From: Desulfatiglandales bacterium
GTDB lineage: Bacteria; Desulfobacterota; DSM-4660; Desulfatiglandales; Desulfatiglandaceae
Length of the DNA stretch: 64,000 nucleotides
Assembly: GCA_963662465.1 (NCBI GenBank)
Contig: OY759599.1
Coordinates: 1,856,001 to 1,920,000 of the forward strand
Direction: 5' to 3'
This document shows positions 28,384 through 37,921 of the stretch, piece after piece. Both the position numbers and the translations under genes were made by a program. Position 1 is the stretch's first letter. Each line of letters starts with the position of its first letter. The notes below the pieces were generated by a model. It saw only the letters and a program-made list of their open reading frames with translations, was not told the origin of the DNA and ran no database searches.

Positions 28384-29094
28384 ATGCACAAAATCAAACG
28401 ATATGCGAATCGCAAACTCTATGACACAACCAACAAGAAATATATTACCCTGGATAAAATCTCAAAACTGCTCAAGGCAGGCGAAGAGGTATCGGTTATG
28501 GATAATGAAACCGGTGAAGATATAACAGAGGCCACAATTTCCCAAATTCTCGCTCGGACCCAAAAAGGGCAAACAGACAATGCCGCGGCCAACGTCATGA
28601 TACAGCTCCTCCGGAAAGGTCCCGGCACGCTGGTGGACTACGGGAAGAAGTATGTCTCATTATGGGATCGGGCACTCACCATGGCCGATGAGGAAATCGA
28701 CAGGCTGGTTGAAAGGCTGGTGAAAGAAAAAGAGATTACGCCATCCGAGGGAAGCAAACTCAAAAAAGACATGCTGAGCCGTGCGGACGACCTGAAGAAA
28801 TGGATTGCGGAAAAAATAGATCAGAGGCTCAGCGAAGCCCTTGATCTCATGAATTTGGCCAGCAAGGACCAGGTTTCCCAACTCACTTCGAAAATAGACG
28901 CCTTGACCCTAAAAGTGCGGAAGCTGGAAAAAAAGCTGTCCCAAAAGGCCAAAGAAGAAAAAGCCCGGGAGGAGGCGGATCAGCTTAAACAAGAGGCCCA
29001 AATAAAAGTGATCCCCCTAAACAAGGAAGATCTCAAACCGGTAATGGCGCCTGAACTCCCCGAGCAGGAAGCAGCAAGTGATGTGCTTCTGTAG
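28384..29094 (+). CDS. PhaR-like PHA-regulator DNA-binding domain fused to a phasin-like region
   Basis: IKRYANRKLYDT...YITL...DNETGEDIT; C-terminal MNLASKDQVSQLTSKIDAL. Confidence 0.85.
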   Translation: MHKIKRYANRKLYDTTNKKYITLDKISKLLKAGEEVSVMDNETGEDITEATISQILARTQKGQTDNAAANVMIQLLRKGPGTLVDYGKKYVSLWDRALTMADEEIDRLVERLVKEKEITPSEGSKLKKDMLSRADDLKKWIAEKIDQRLSEALDLMNLASKDQVSQLTSKIDALTLKVRKLEKKLSQKAKEEKAREEADQLKQEAQIKVIPLNKEDLKPVMAPELPEQEAASDVLL

Positions 29095-29105
29095 GTAAAT
29101 TGACC

Positions 29106-30863
29106 TTAAAGATCCAGCAGCTCCTGCCCCAGCAGATAACCGGAGGTCGCATGCAATCCGGCGCCGGGCCAGGTAGCAGCCCCCACCATGTACAATCCCT
29201 TAACGGGCGTTTCATATCTTGACCATCCCGGAATGGGACGAAACATGTAAAACTGGTCCAGGTGGTGGCTTCCGGCAATGGAATCGCCGCCGCCTAGATT
29301 CGGGTTTTCATTTTCCAGATCAGCAGGGGAATAAACAACCCTTTTGAGAATTTTTCCTTTGACCCCGGGTGCGTAAATTTCCAGTTTATTCAGAATCCTG
29401 TCCGCATACTGCTCCTTAATTTGGGGCCACGGCGCAGGGGTAATGGCCCCTGCTCCGGATACCGCATCGGCCTTTGGAACGGCAGGCAAAACACGGACCT
29501 GAATCCAGAGCAATTGCTTGCCGGCGGGTACGCGCGTGGGATCGGTCACGGACAACTGCCCCACAATGAGCAACGGACTTTCAGGGAGCGCTCCGTTCAT
29601 GGCATCGGTATAGGTTTGACTGAGGTCCCGACTATACGGAGCGATATGGACATAATTAAATTTTCCGAATTCACTGCCTGCCGCCCATTCAACGGGACCG
29701 CTCAAGGCCAGATGAATCATCATGGTCCCAGGTCCGAACCGGTACTTCCTGAACCGTTTTACATAACCCCCGGGCAGTTGCGCGGGATCAATCAGCTGGT
29801 CCACCAATGTGTGGGGATTCACATTGGCGATAACCGCTTTTCGTGCATGAATCTTACGCCCGTCGGCGGTCTGAACACCAACCGCCCGCCCGTTATTGAT
29901 CAAAATATGGTCCACCTTTTGACCCGTTTCAATGGCGCCCCCATGCTTTTTAACCATATTCCCCATGCTTTTAATCAGGTTTCCGACCCCCCCTTCAGAC
30001 AGGGGCATCCCATAATTGAAATAGATGGGCGGTTCGACAAACGGAAACGCCGCGCCGCCGGAAACATCCGGACCAAAGTCAAGATGCATGGCCCAGGGTG
30101 TGAACAGCGCTCTGGTTTTGGGGTGATCAAACCAGTACCGGGTGTATTCCCGGGGCGATTTCAACAACATCTGAGCCAGTTCATAGCTGCCTTTGACGCC
30201 CAGTTTCCGCATGGCGCTAAATCCCATCCGGAATGCCGCAAATGAAGGCATCTCAACCTGAAAGAACGGCAAGAAGTGAGGGGACGTCTCCTTGAAATAG
30301 GCAAGCAGTTCTATCCAGGCGTCCGCATCATGCTGGGACACCTGTTTAAAGCTGTTGTACGTTTTATCCGCATCCTTATAGATGGCCATACCGGTATTAT
30401 CCGGGAAAACACTGGCCATGGGGGCATCGCTTACCACCGGCTTAAATCCCTCCTGGAAGAGATCCTTGCCAAATTCACTGAACGTGGCCGACCCCATGAA
30501 CAGACCGATATTGGCGGCGTACAGATCGTGTTTAAAACCGGGCAGGGTCACCTCTTTTGTTTTGGCACACCCCCCGATCTCCGATGCACTGTCCAGGATC
30601 AGGACCTTGTGTCCGGCCTTGGCCAGCAGCATGGCACAGCTGAGAGAGTTGTGGCCTGCGCCGATGAATAAAAAGTCGGTATCGCCGGAACCGGCGGCAT
30701 GGGCGAGTCCGGTCTTTCGGGTGGAAAACATTCCCTTCCCTAAGCCCAGGGAGGCGCCCAAAACCCCGGCCCCGATCAAGAATTTACGACGACTGACCCC
30801 GGTTTTCGGCGCCTCGGGCATCACGTCTGATGTTTCGTTTCGAGTCTCGTTCTGATTTTCCAT
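29106..30863 (-). CDS. Tat-signal FAD oxidoreductase, phytoene-dehydrogenase-like
   Basis: SRRKFL twin-arginine leader with AHA; IGAGHNSL; YETPVKGLYMVGAATWPG. Confidence 0.85.
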   Translation of the reverse strand: MENQNETRNETSDVMPEAPKTGVSRRKFLIGAGVLGASLGLGKGMFSTRKTGLAHAAGSGDTDFLFIGAGHNSLSCAMLLAKAGHKVLILDSASEIGGCAKTKEVTLPGFKHDLYAANIGLFMGSATFSEFGKDLFQEGFKPVVSDAPMASVFPDNTGMAIYKDADKTYNSFKQVSQHDADAWIELLAYFKETSPHFLPFFQVEMPSFAAFRMGFSAMRKLGVKGSYELAQMLLKSPREYTRYWFDHPKTRALFTPWAMHLDFGPDVSGGAAFPFVEPPIYFNYGMPLSEGGVGNLIKSMGNMVKKHGGAIETGQKVDHILINNGRAVGVQTADGRKIHARKAVIANVNPHTLVDQLIDPAQLPGGYVKRFRKYRFGPGTMMIHLALSGPVEWAAGSEFGKFNYVHIAPYSRDLSQTYTDAMNGALPESPLLIVGQLSVTDPTRVPAGKQLLWIQVRVLPAVPKADAVSGAGAITPAPWPQIKEQYADRILNKLEIYAPGVKGKILKRVVYSPADLENENPNLGGGDSIAGSHHLDQFYMFRPIPGWSRYETPVKGLYMVGAATWPGAGLHATSGYLLGQELLDL

Positions 30864-30967
30864 GTTGTCCTTTCTAAGCTTTGAACAGGATACATATTGA
30901 CATCCTTTATCATATTTGGTTAAAGTCCGCCATGGTTAAATTTGGTAACTGAAATCCGTGTCAGCCC

Positions 30968-32416
30968 TTGAAAAAAATGCCTGATTTTGACGCAAAATAC
31001 CGTATTGCCTTTGAATCCTCGGGGGATGCCCTCCTGTTCCTGGACCGGGGGGGATTCCTGGATTGCAATCAGGCGGCTCTGAACATTTACGGTCTTACCT
31101 CAAAAAAAGATATCATCGGAAAACATCCCGGAGAACTGGCCCCTTTGTTGCAGCCGGACGGCAGAAATTCACGGTCTGCCGCCTCTGAAATGATCGGTCG
31201 GGCCTTTAAGGAGGGAACCTGCGCCTTTGAATGGCTGCACAGTCGCGCCGATGGGATTCAGTTTCAAACGGAAGTACTGCTGAGCCGATTTGAGGTCAAG
31301 GGTGAACCCTTGTTGCAGGTCGTTGTTCGGGATATTACCGAGCGGAAATGGGCGGAACAGCGTCTCAGGGAATCGGAAGCCAACTACCGCTCCATATTTG
31401 AAGCAGCCAATGACGGCATTGCCATACACCATATGGAAACGGGCAAGATTATCGAAGTCAACCGAAAACATTCTGAGATGTTCGGGTTTACAGCTGAAGA
31501 AATCAGGTCCCGCGGCGATATGGATCTCATCAGCACCGGTGAATCGCCCTACACCCAGAAGGATGCCTTTTGCTGGATACGCAAAGCGGCACTGGGAGAG
31601 CCTCAGCTTTTTGAATGGAAAGCCAGGGACCGCCTGGGCCATGTATTCTGGTCGGAAGTCAATTTAAAGCGGATCATCATCGGCGGAAAGAATCGCGTCC
31701 TGGCCCTGGTTCGAGATATTACCCAGCGAAAAAAAGCAGAGGACGAACTGAAGAACTCCAGGGAACAACTCCGCAATCTCACGTCCCATCTGGAACTCAT
31801 TCGGGAGGAAGAACGAAAGCATATTTCTCGGGAAATCCATGATGAACTGGGTCAGGCCCTGACCGTCTTGAAAATGGATGTTTCCTGGCTGCGCAAGAGA
31901 CTCAGAAAGGAACAGGACAATCTGGATGCCAAGGTGCTGGAAATGTCCCAATTCATTGACGCAACCATCAGCACGGTGCAGCGAATCTGCATGGATCTGA
32001 GGCCCCGGTTGCTGGATGATGCGGGCCTGGTGGCAGCCATGGAATGGCATGTGAAAGATTTTCAGAACCGAACCGGTATTCGTTGCTTTTTGTATGCCGA
32101 TGGCATCGATGACGCACATTTGGGTCAAGCGCAGTCCACAACGCTTTTCCGCATCTTCCAGGAAGGCCTGACCAATGTTTTCAGACATGCCAATGCCCGA
32201 TGGGTTCGGATCACCTTAAGGGAGGACGGAGATTTCCTGCTCCTGGCAATAGCAGACGACGGTCGGGGCATCACCCGGGACCAGATCGATGATCCCAATT
32301 CATTTGGACTTCTCGGCATACGGGAGCGCGTTGCGTTTCTGGGGGGCGCCTTTGAAGTTCATGGGATTCCGGCAAACGGCACCATCATCCAGTCACGAAT
32401 CCCTCTGATGAAATAA
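30968..32416 (+). CDS. Cytoplasmic PAS-PAS sensor histidine kinase (HisKA_3)
   Basis: Two PAS/PAC domains; EERKHISREIHDELGQ; QEGLTNVFRHA; DDGRG. Confidence 0.93.
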   Translation: MKKMPDFDAKYRIAFESSGDALLFLDRGGFLDCNQAALNIYGLTSKKDIIGKHPGELAPLLQPDGRNSRSAASEMIGRAFKEGTCAFEWLHSRADGIQFQTEVLLSRFEVKGEPLLQVVVRDITERKWAEQRLRESEANYRSIFEAANDGIAIHHMETGKIIEVNRKHSEMFGFTAEEIRSRGDMDLISTGESPYTQKDAFCWIRKAALGEPQLFEWKARDRLGHVFWSEVNLKRIIIGGKNRVLALVRDITQRKKAEDELKNSREQLRNLTSHLELIREEERKHISREIHDELGQALTVLKMDVSWLRKRLRKEQDNLDAKVLEMSQFIDATISTVQRICMDLRPRLLDDAGLVAAMEWHVKDFQNRTGIRCFLYADGIDDAHLGQAQSTTLFRIFQEGLTNVFRHANARWVRITLREDGDFLLLAIADDGRGITRDQIDDPNSFGLLGIRERVAFLGGAFEVHGIPANGTIIQSRIPLMK

Positions 32417-32427
32417 GGAAATCTCTC

Positions 32428-33060
32428 ATGCTCAAAATACTCATCGCCGATGATCACCCCATTGTTCGAAAGGGACTCAAGCAAATTCTTGAGGACAGCC
32501 CGGAGAAAATTGTAACCCATGAGGCCGGAGACGGTCGGGAAGCCGTGGAAAAAGCGTTGCGGGGGGAATACGATCTGGTGGTCATGGATATTGCCATGCC
32601 CCATACCAACGGCCTGGACGCCCTTAAGGAATTGCGAAGTGCAAAACCCCATATGCCGATTCTCATGTTGAGCATGTACCCGGAGGATCAATATGCGGTC
32701 AGGGCCTTTAAAGCCGGCGCTTCAGGATATCTGACCAAGCAGAATGCGCCTGAAGAATTGCTCCAAGCCATCAAAAGGGTTTTGTCCGGCCGAAAATACG
32801 TCAGCACATCCATGGCCGAAAAGCTGGCAGACGACCTGTCGGCGGATGCCGAAGGACCCCTTCATGAAAAACTTTCCGACCGTGAATTCCAGGTGATGTG
32901 CCTCATCGCATCGGGCAGAAGCGTGTCGGAGATTGCCGACAAACTTTTCTTAAGCGTTAAAACCGTCAGCACCTACAGGAGCCGCATCCTCATCAAGATG
33001 GAAATGAAACATAATGCCGAACTGACCTATTACGCCGTCAAGAATGCGCTGGTGGATTAA
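32428..33060 (+). CDS. NarL/UvrY-family response regulator
   Basis: IADDH, MDIAMP, LSDREFQV...LSVKTVSTY. Confidence 0.95.
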   Translation: MLKILIADDHPIVRKGLKQILEDSPEKIVTHEAGDGREAVEKALRGEYDLVVMDIAMPHTNGLDALKELRSAKPHMPILMLSMYPEDQYAVRAFKAGASGYLTKQNAPEELLQAIKRVLSGRKYVSTSMAEKLADDLSADAEGPLHEKLSDREFQVMCLIASGRSVSEIADKLFLSVKTVSTYRSRILIKMEMKHNAELTYYAVKNALVD

Positions 33061-33063
33061 ACC

Positions 33064-33270
33064 ATGTACCCGGTGGGTAGGGAATTGGGTGTCGCTACAA
33101 GAACCACCCAGAAGGGATGCGAATCGCCACAAGGCTTTTCCTCACAACTTTCCTGGCCTCATTACAGAGCTTTAATGCGCGTCTCAAAACCTGATGCGAG
33201 GGAGTTTTACGAACAGGAAAGTATCGAATGCGGGTGGGACAAACGGACCCTTGAACGACATATTCATTAA
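33064..33270 (+). pseudogene. Fragment of a DUF1016/YhcG-family gene
   Basis: LSWPHYRALM...AREFY...WDKRTLER then a stop; both ends of the family protein are missing. Confidence 0.75.
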
Positions 33271-33323
33271 AGGGGAATCATGCTAAAAAAACCCGGAAAC
33301 CATAACGAAATGAAACTCGAGGC

Positions 33324-36300
33324 ATGTTGATGCAAGAATCTTATATTTACCACTCGAATCTCTTCAACTCCACATATTTTGAACGTGTTCTTACAAACGA
33401 GGCCTTTCCCCGTAAGCGGGAACTGCCGTCGGATGCACAGGATCGTTTGAAAAAACTGCTCGAACTCTGGCTTTCCGTTCGCCATGAGTTTGTAAAAGAT
33501 TTACCGGAAAGCAAATATAAGCCTATCCCAGGTGTTGGATTGCCGCCTTCTCTCGAAATGAAGTCAAAAGCCATTGAAGACAGCGTTGAAAACGAATTCT
33601 TACTGCCGCTTTACGAAAAAGTTTTAGGCTTCGCATGTAAAAAACAACAGTCCATGGAGTTGACGGGGCTTTCAAAAGAAATAAAAAATCGAACCAAAAA
33701 ACCTGATTTTGTCATTTTTTCAGATAAAAAGAAAAAAAAGGCTGCCTTGGACCTTGTTGGTAAAACCAAAAAAGCGGTTTGTGCGCTTTCATTTTGTTCC
33801 GGAGCGGATTTTATCGTTGACGCGAAAAAATTTCAAAAAGGGATTGGCGCGGACGAGGAGCGAGGCGCACCCAAAGAAGGCAGTGCCGCACAGGATATTG
33901 AACAGGTTTCCCGTTATCTCCAAGGCGGCGGAAAAAAATGGGGCGTGCTGACCAATGGCAGATGCTGGCGTCTGATGCGGGCGGGCGCCTCCCAGGACCA
34001 TCTTCGCTTTGACCTTGTGCTGTTTCTTGAGCATATGATTTGCAGGGAAAACCTTTCAGAAAAATCAAAAATCCAGAATCAGATGCTTCAAAATGAAGAC
34101 CTGGCGGTGTTCAATCTCTTTTGGCATCTATTTGGACCACCTGCTGTAAGCGGCGGTTATCTGGATCTCCTGCTTTCGGAAAGCGAGGCCAATACACGGA
34201 GGGTAAAGGACATTCTCCGGGAAAACGCCCATATTGCCGTTCAAAACATTGCACAGGGGTTTTGGCAACATCCCGAAAATATTTTCCCGGAAAAGCCGGG
34301 GCAGGCGCAGCTTGACCATCTTCGGGAACTCTCCTTAATTTTTCTGTATCGTCTTCTATTTGTCCTCAAGGCGGAAGCTCAGGGGCTGTTAAAATTAAGA
34401 GATGATAAAGGAATCGTCACGCTGTATTCGAAAGTCCTTGGCACCAAAGCTGTTTTTGAAGGCATCCATGGGTTTTCCGTAAGCGACCGATCTCAAATCA
34501 GCACCGGGTTTGATGCGCTAAAAAAACTCTTTGATGCCGTGAATACCGGAAGCAAACAATATGATGTTCCCGCATACAACGGCGGCCTGTTCGACCCGGA
34601 TAACAACCCGGAGCTGGATAAAATGAAGCTCACCGATGACGTGGTGTATTCGGTATTGAAACGGTTGATTTACCTGGATGAATCCGAGCCGGTTCCCTAT
34701 GCCGATCTGGATGTGCGGGATTTCGGGGATATTTATGAAGGGCTCTTGGAACAGCGCCTTGTTCTGGAAAAAGTGGGGCAGTCTTATATGCTTTCCCTGC
34801 GGAACAAAAAAGGGGAGCGCAAGGCCAGCGGGTCTTATTTTACACCCGACAGCCTTGTGGATCATGTGGTACGCGCCACGATTTTGCCTTTGCTGGATCA
34901 ATGCGGAAACAATGCCGAAAAAATCCTTGCCCTGAAAGTACTCGATCCGTCCATGGGAAGCGGCCATTTTCTGGTTAAGATGGTGGATGTGATGGCATGG
35001 CGTCTCACCTTGAACTGTAAACCTTTGGATAATACGGTTTTAGATGATAACGGCCCCGAAGAATACGCCTACTGGAAGCGCCAGGTGGTTGAAAACTGCA
35101 TTTACGGGATCGACTTTAACCCCATGGCCGTGGAACTGGCCAAGGTGGCGCTCTGGCTCCATACGGCAAGCTACGAGCAACCCCTTTCCTTTCTGGATCA
35201 TCACCTGAAATGTGGGAACAGCCTTGTGGGAGCGTCCCTGACCCGCATTGCCCGACCGGCCCTGGCGGCAAAAACAACAAGGAAGGGCTCTGCCTGGGTG
35301 GTTCTGAAAAACGAAGACGCCAATGATGTTCCGGCCGGAAATACAAAAAATAAAGCCGCCAAAAGAACCAACCAGCAGCTCTTGCTGCCTTTTCCAATTG
35401 ATACGTCTCTTTTTTCCGGCATTCTGGAAAGCGTCCATGACATTTTGAAGAGATCAAGCAGAACGTCGAGCGATGTAAAGGCCAAACGCACACAATATCT
35501 TAACGAGGTGAATGTCCGCCTGAAAGCCCACCGCATCCTGTGTGATTTATGGTGTACACAGTGGTTTATCCCAGAACCGGATGATGAAAGCATTGCCGTC
35601 TATGAAAGCGCCAAGGGACTCTATACCCACGTCAAAAAAATCTGCGGTATCACGGATCATGAGCAAAGAAGCGAAGCGTTGGACAAGGCGATTCAACATC
35701 CCTTCCTGAAACGGGTGATTGCAGCCCGAAAGGAAGGTTATGGGCCGAAACCGATGCGGTTTTTCCACTGGCAGCTGGAATTTCCGGAAGTGGCCTTCAC
35801 AGAGCAGGGAGAGCTGAAGAAACATTTCGGGTTTGATGCCATTGTGGGCAATCCGCCCTGGGACAAGATCAAGCCCGCAAAGCGTGATTTTTACGGCCCA
35901 TTCAACGATGAGGTGGCCAGCCGCCAGGGTCTTAGCCTTGATGCCCTGATCCGGGACATGGAAACCGAGCAACCGGGACTCGCCGAAGGGTGGCGAGCCT
36001 ATGAAACCATGATAAAACAATTAAACTGGTTTCTTGTAAACGCCGGCATTTATAAACATCAAACGGCCTTTGTGGAAGGCAAAAAAACGGGCGGGGATCC
36101 GGATCTGTTTAAATATTTTGTGGAGCGATCGTGGCAGGGGGTATCTGAAAAGGGGCGTATTGGTCTGGTGCTTCCGGCCACCATCTGGCAGGGACAGGGC
36201 TGTACCGGTCTGCGCCGCCTTCTGTTTGAAGGGGCGCGTGTGGAAAGCCTTTACACCTTTGAAAATTATCGTAAATGGGCATTTGACATTCATTCCAGCT

Positions 36301-37907
36301 TCAAATTTACCGCCGTGGTGTTTTCCCACAAAAAACCGAAAAAAAGGGATTCCTTCCCTGCGGCCTTCATGCTTCGGGATACCCAGGTACTGGAAGGAAA
36401 AATGCAGGATCGGGTGCTGTCTTTGAACCGGGATTTCATTGCCTCCATCAGCCCGGAGAGTCTGGCCCTAATCGACAACCGTTCCGACATGGAAGTGCGG
36501 TTGATTGAGCGACTTCATCAAAACTTCCCCACCCTTGGCAGTGCGGACAACGGTTGGAACATAACCTATCGCACCGATTTGCATATGAGCAATGACGCCT
36601 GGCTGTTCAAAACACGAGAGTGGATGGAGTCAAGAGGATTTACCCGCTTTTGGCCGGAAAGAAATGAGGAGGGGCTGTGGGTTCAGAAGAAGTATCCGGA
36701 TTCCAAGATCGTTGTATTACCGAAGAATTTGCCCAAGGGCGGTGAATACTGGGTTTCGGGGGATGAGAACTGGTATCGGACACGTGGGTATGCGGAACAG
36801 CGACAGCATTTCAACAGCAAGGAACGGAGTGTTTTCTATCATCCGGAAGACAGAGCAGAAAAAGACCGGAAGGGCAATGATCCCAACCGGATTCTGCCTG
36901 GTGAAATTTATTCTCCGCTTTATGAGGGCCGGATGGTATATATTTTTGACCATTCGCAAAAAAAATATTTATATGGTGAAGGCAGGAAAGCGATTTGGAG
37001 CGACTTATCTGTTGTAGAAAAAATTATTCAACCAAGGGTCTTCATTTCGAAAAAAGAAGTGGAGAAAGATAGCCAGATTCGGATTGGTCTTTGCGATATC
37101 ACTGGGGCAACAAACGAGCGCAGCCTCCTATCATCATTTTTGACTCAAGATGTCTTAGCCGGTCATACTGTACCATGTTTGCTCACCAAAGGAATAAATC
37201 AAACCATATTATTGCTTTGTTTCTTGAATTCATTTTGTGTCGATTATCTGATTCGTTTTCGAATAAGTACTCACGCAACCTGGAATTTTCTCTCAGTTCT
37301 GCCCCTTCCTGAATCTGGTATTATCTCTTCCGATGTAGCCACAAAGTTTTGCGAGTGTGTTACAAAACTCAGTTGCACCACCCCGGAACTTGCGGAAATA
37401 TGGAATACCGTGCATCCCGAAGAACCTTGGACGTATGAGAGCGCAGAGCGTGATTTATGGAAAAGGGCCGAACTCCGAGCTGAGATTGATGCCATGGTAG
37501 CTGAGTTGTATGGGTTGTCCGTGGAAGAATATGCCATGGTCCTGACCGGTTTTCCCCTTCTGGATCGGAGTCAACCCGCCCTGCCCGGAGATGCCTTTCT
37601 CACGGAGGGGGATGAAAAGTCGAAGAAAGGGGTGGAAGGCGAAAGCTGGCTGGAAAGGGAGTGGGGCATTTTTGAAATCAAACCGAGAAGCTTCATCACC
37701 CGTGATTTTGCCCTGCTCACCTACATAAAGCGAAAAGCCTGTCCTCTGCCCCAGGATCTGGGCGCATGGTTCCGTGACAAGGTCGGCTTAGATCCAGAAG
37801 GTCCCCTTTCCCGTTTTATGGTCGGGACTGTCGTGGATCTGGAGGAACGGGTTGCAACCGCCAAAGAAAAGGGGGCGATTCCCTATCTGCCCACCAGCCG
37901 TGGTTAA
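33324..37907 (+). CDS. Fused restriction-modification enzyme (Type IIG/Eco57I-like: PD-(D/E)xK nuclease, N6-adenine MTase, TRD)
   Basis: KPDF...DAKK, VLTNG, YNGGLF, GSYFTP, DPSMGSGHF, FHWQLEFPEV, GNPPW. Confidence 0.88.
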   Translation: MLMQESYIYHSNLFNSTYFERVLTNEAFPRKRELPSDAQDRLKKLLELWLSVRHEFVKDLPESKYKPIPGVGLPPSLEMKSKAIEDSVENEFLLPLYEKVLGFACKKQQSMELTGLSKEIKNRTKKPDFVIFSDKKKKKAALDLVGKTKKAVCALSFCSGADFIVDAKKFQKGIGADEERGAPKEGSAAQDIEQVSRYLQGGGKKWGVLTNGRCWRLMRAGASQDHLRFDLVLFLEHMICRENLSEKSKIQNQMLQNEDLAVFNLFWHLFGPPAVSGGYLDLLLSESEANTRRVKDILRENAHIAVQNIAQGFWQHPENIFPEKPGQAQLDHLRELSLIFLYRLLFVLKAEAQGLLKLRDDKGIVTLYSKVLGTKAVFEGIHGFSVSDRSQISTGFDALKKLFDAVNTGSKQYDVPAYNGGLFDPDNNPELDKMKLTDDVVYSVLKRLIYLDESEPVPYADLDVRDFGDIYEGLLEQRLVLEKVGQSYMLSLRNKKGERKASGSYFTPDSLVDHVVRATILPLLDQCGNNAEKILALKVLDPSMGSGHFLVKMVDVMAWRLTLNCKPLDNTVLDDNGPEEYAYWKRQVVENCIYGIDFNPMAVELAKVALWLHTASYEQPLSFLDHHLKCGNSLVGASLTRIARPALAAKTTRKGSAWVVLKNEDANDVPAGNTKNKAAKRTNQQLLLPFPIDTSLFSGILESVHDILKRSSRTSSDVKAKRTQYLNEVNVRLKAHRILCDLWCTQWFIPEPDDESIAVYESAKGLYTHVKKICGITDHEQRSEALDKAIQHPFLKRVIAARKEGYGPKPMRFFHWQLEFPEVAFTEQGELKKHFGFDAIVGNPPWDKIKPAKRDFYGPFNDEVASRQGLSLDALIRDMETEQPGLAEGWRAYETMIKQLNWFLVNAGIYKHQTAFVEGKKTGGDPDLFKYFVERSWQGVSEKGRIGLVLPATIWQGQGCTGLRRLLFEGARVESLYTFENYRKWAFDIHSSFKFTAVVFSHKKPKKRDSFPAAFMLRDTQVLEGKMQDRVLSLNRDFIASISPESLALIDNRSDMEVRLIERLHQNFPTLGSADNGWNITYRTDLHMSNDAWLFKTREWMESRGFTRFWPERNEEGLWVQKKYPDSKIVVLPKNLPKGGEYWVSGDENWYRTRGYAEQRQHFNSKERSVFYHPEDRAEKDRKGNDPNRILPGEIYSPLYEGRMVYIFDHSQKKYLYGEGRKAIWSDLSVVEKIIQPRVFISKKEVEKDSQIRIGLCDITGATNERSLLSSFLTQDVLAGHTVPCLLTKGINQTILLLCFLNSFCVDYLIRFRISTHATWNFLSVLPLPESGIISSDVATKFCECVTKLSCTTPELAEIWNTVHPEEPWTYESAERDLWKRAELRAEIDAMVAELYGLSVEEYAMVLTGFPLLDRSQPALPGDAFLTEGDEKSKKGVEGESWLEREWGIFEIKPRSFITRDFALLTYIKRKACPLPQDLGAWFRDKVGLDPEGPLSRFMVGTVVDLEERVATAKEKGAIPYLPTSRG

Positions 37908-37921
37908 AAAGGAGCAGGATA

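Noticed and set aside
33324..37907. BREX or DISARM system
   Set aside because: No pglZ, brxC or helicase partners nearby
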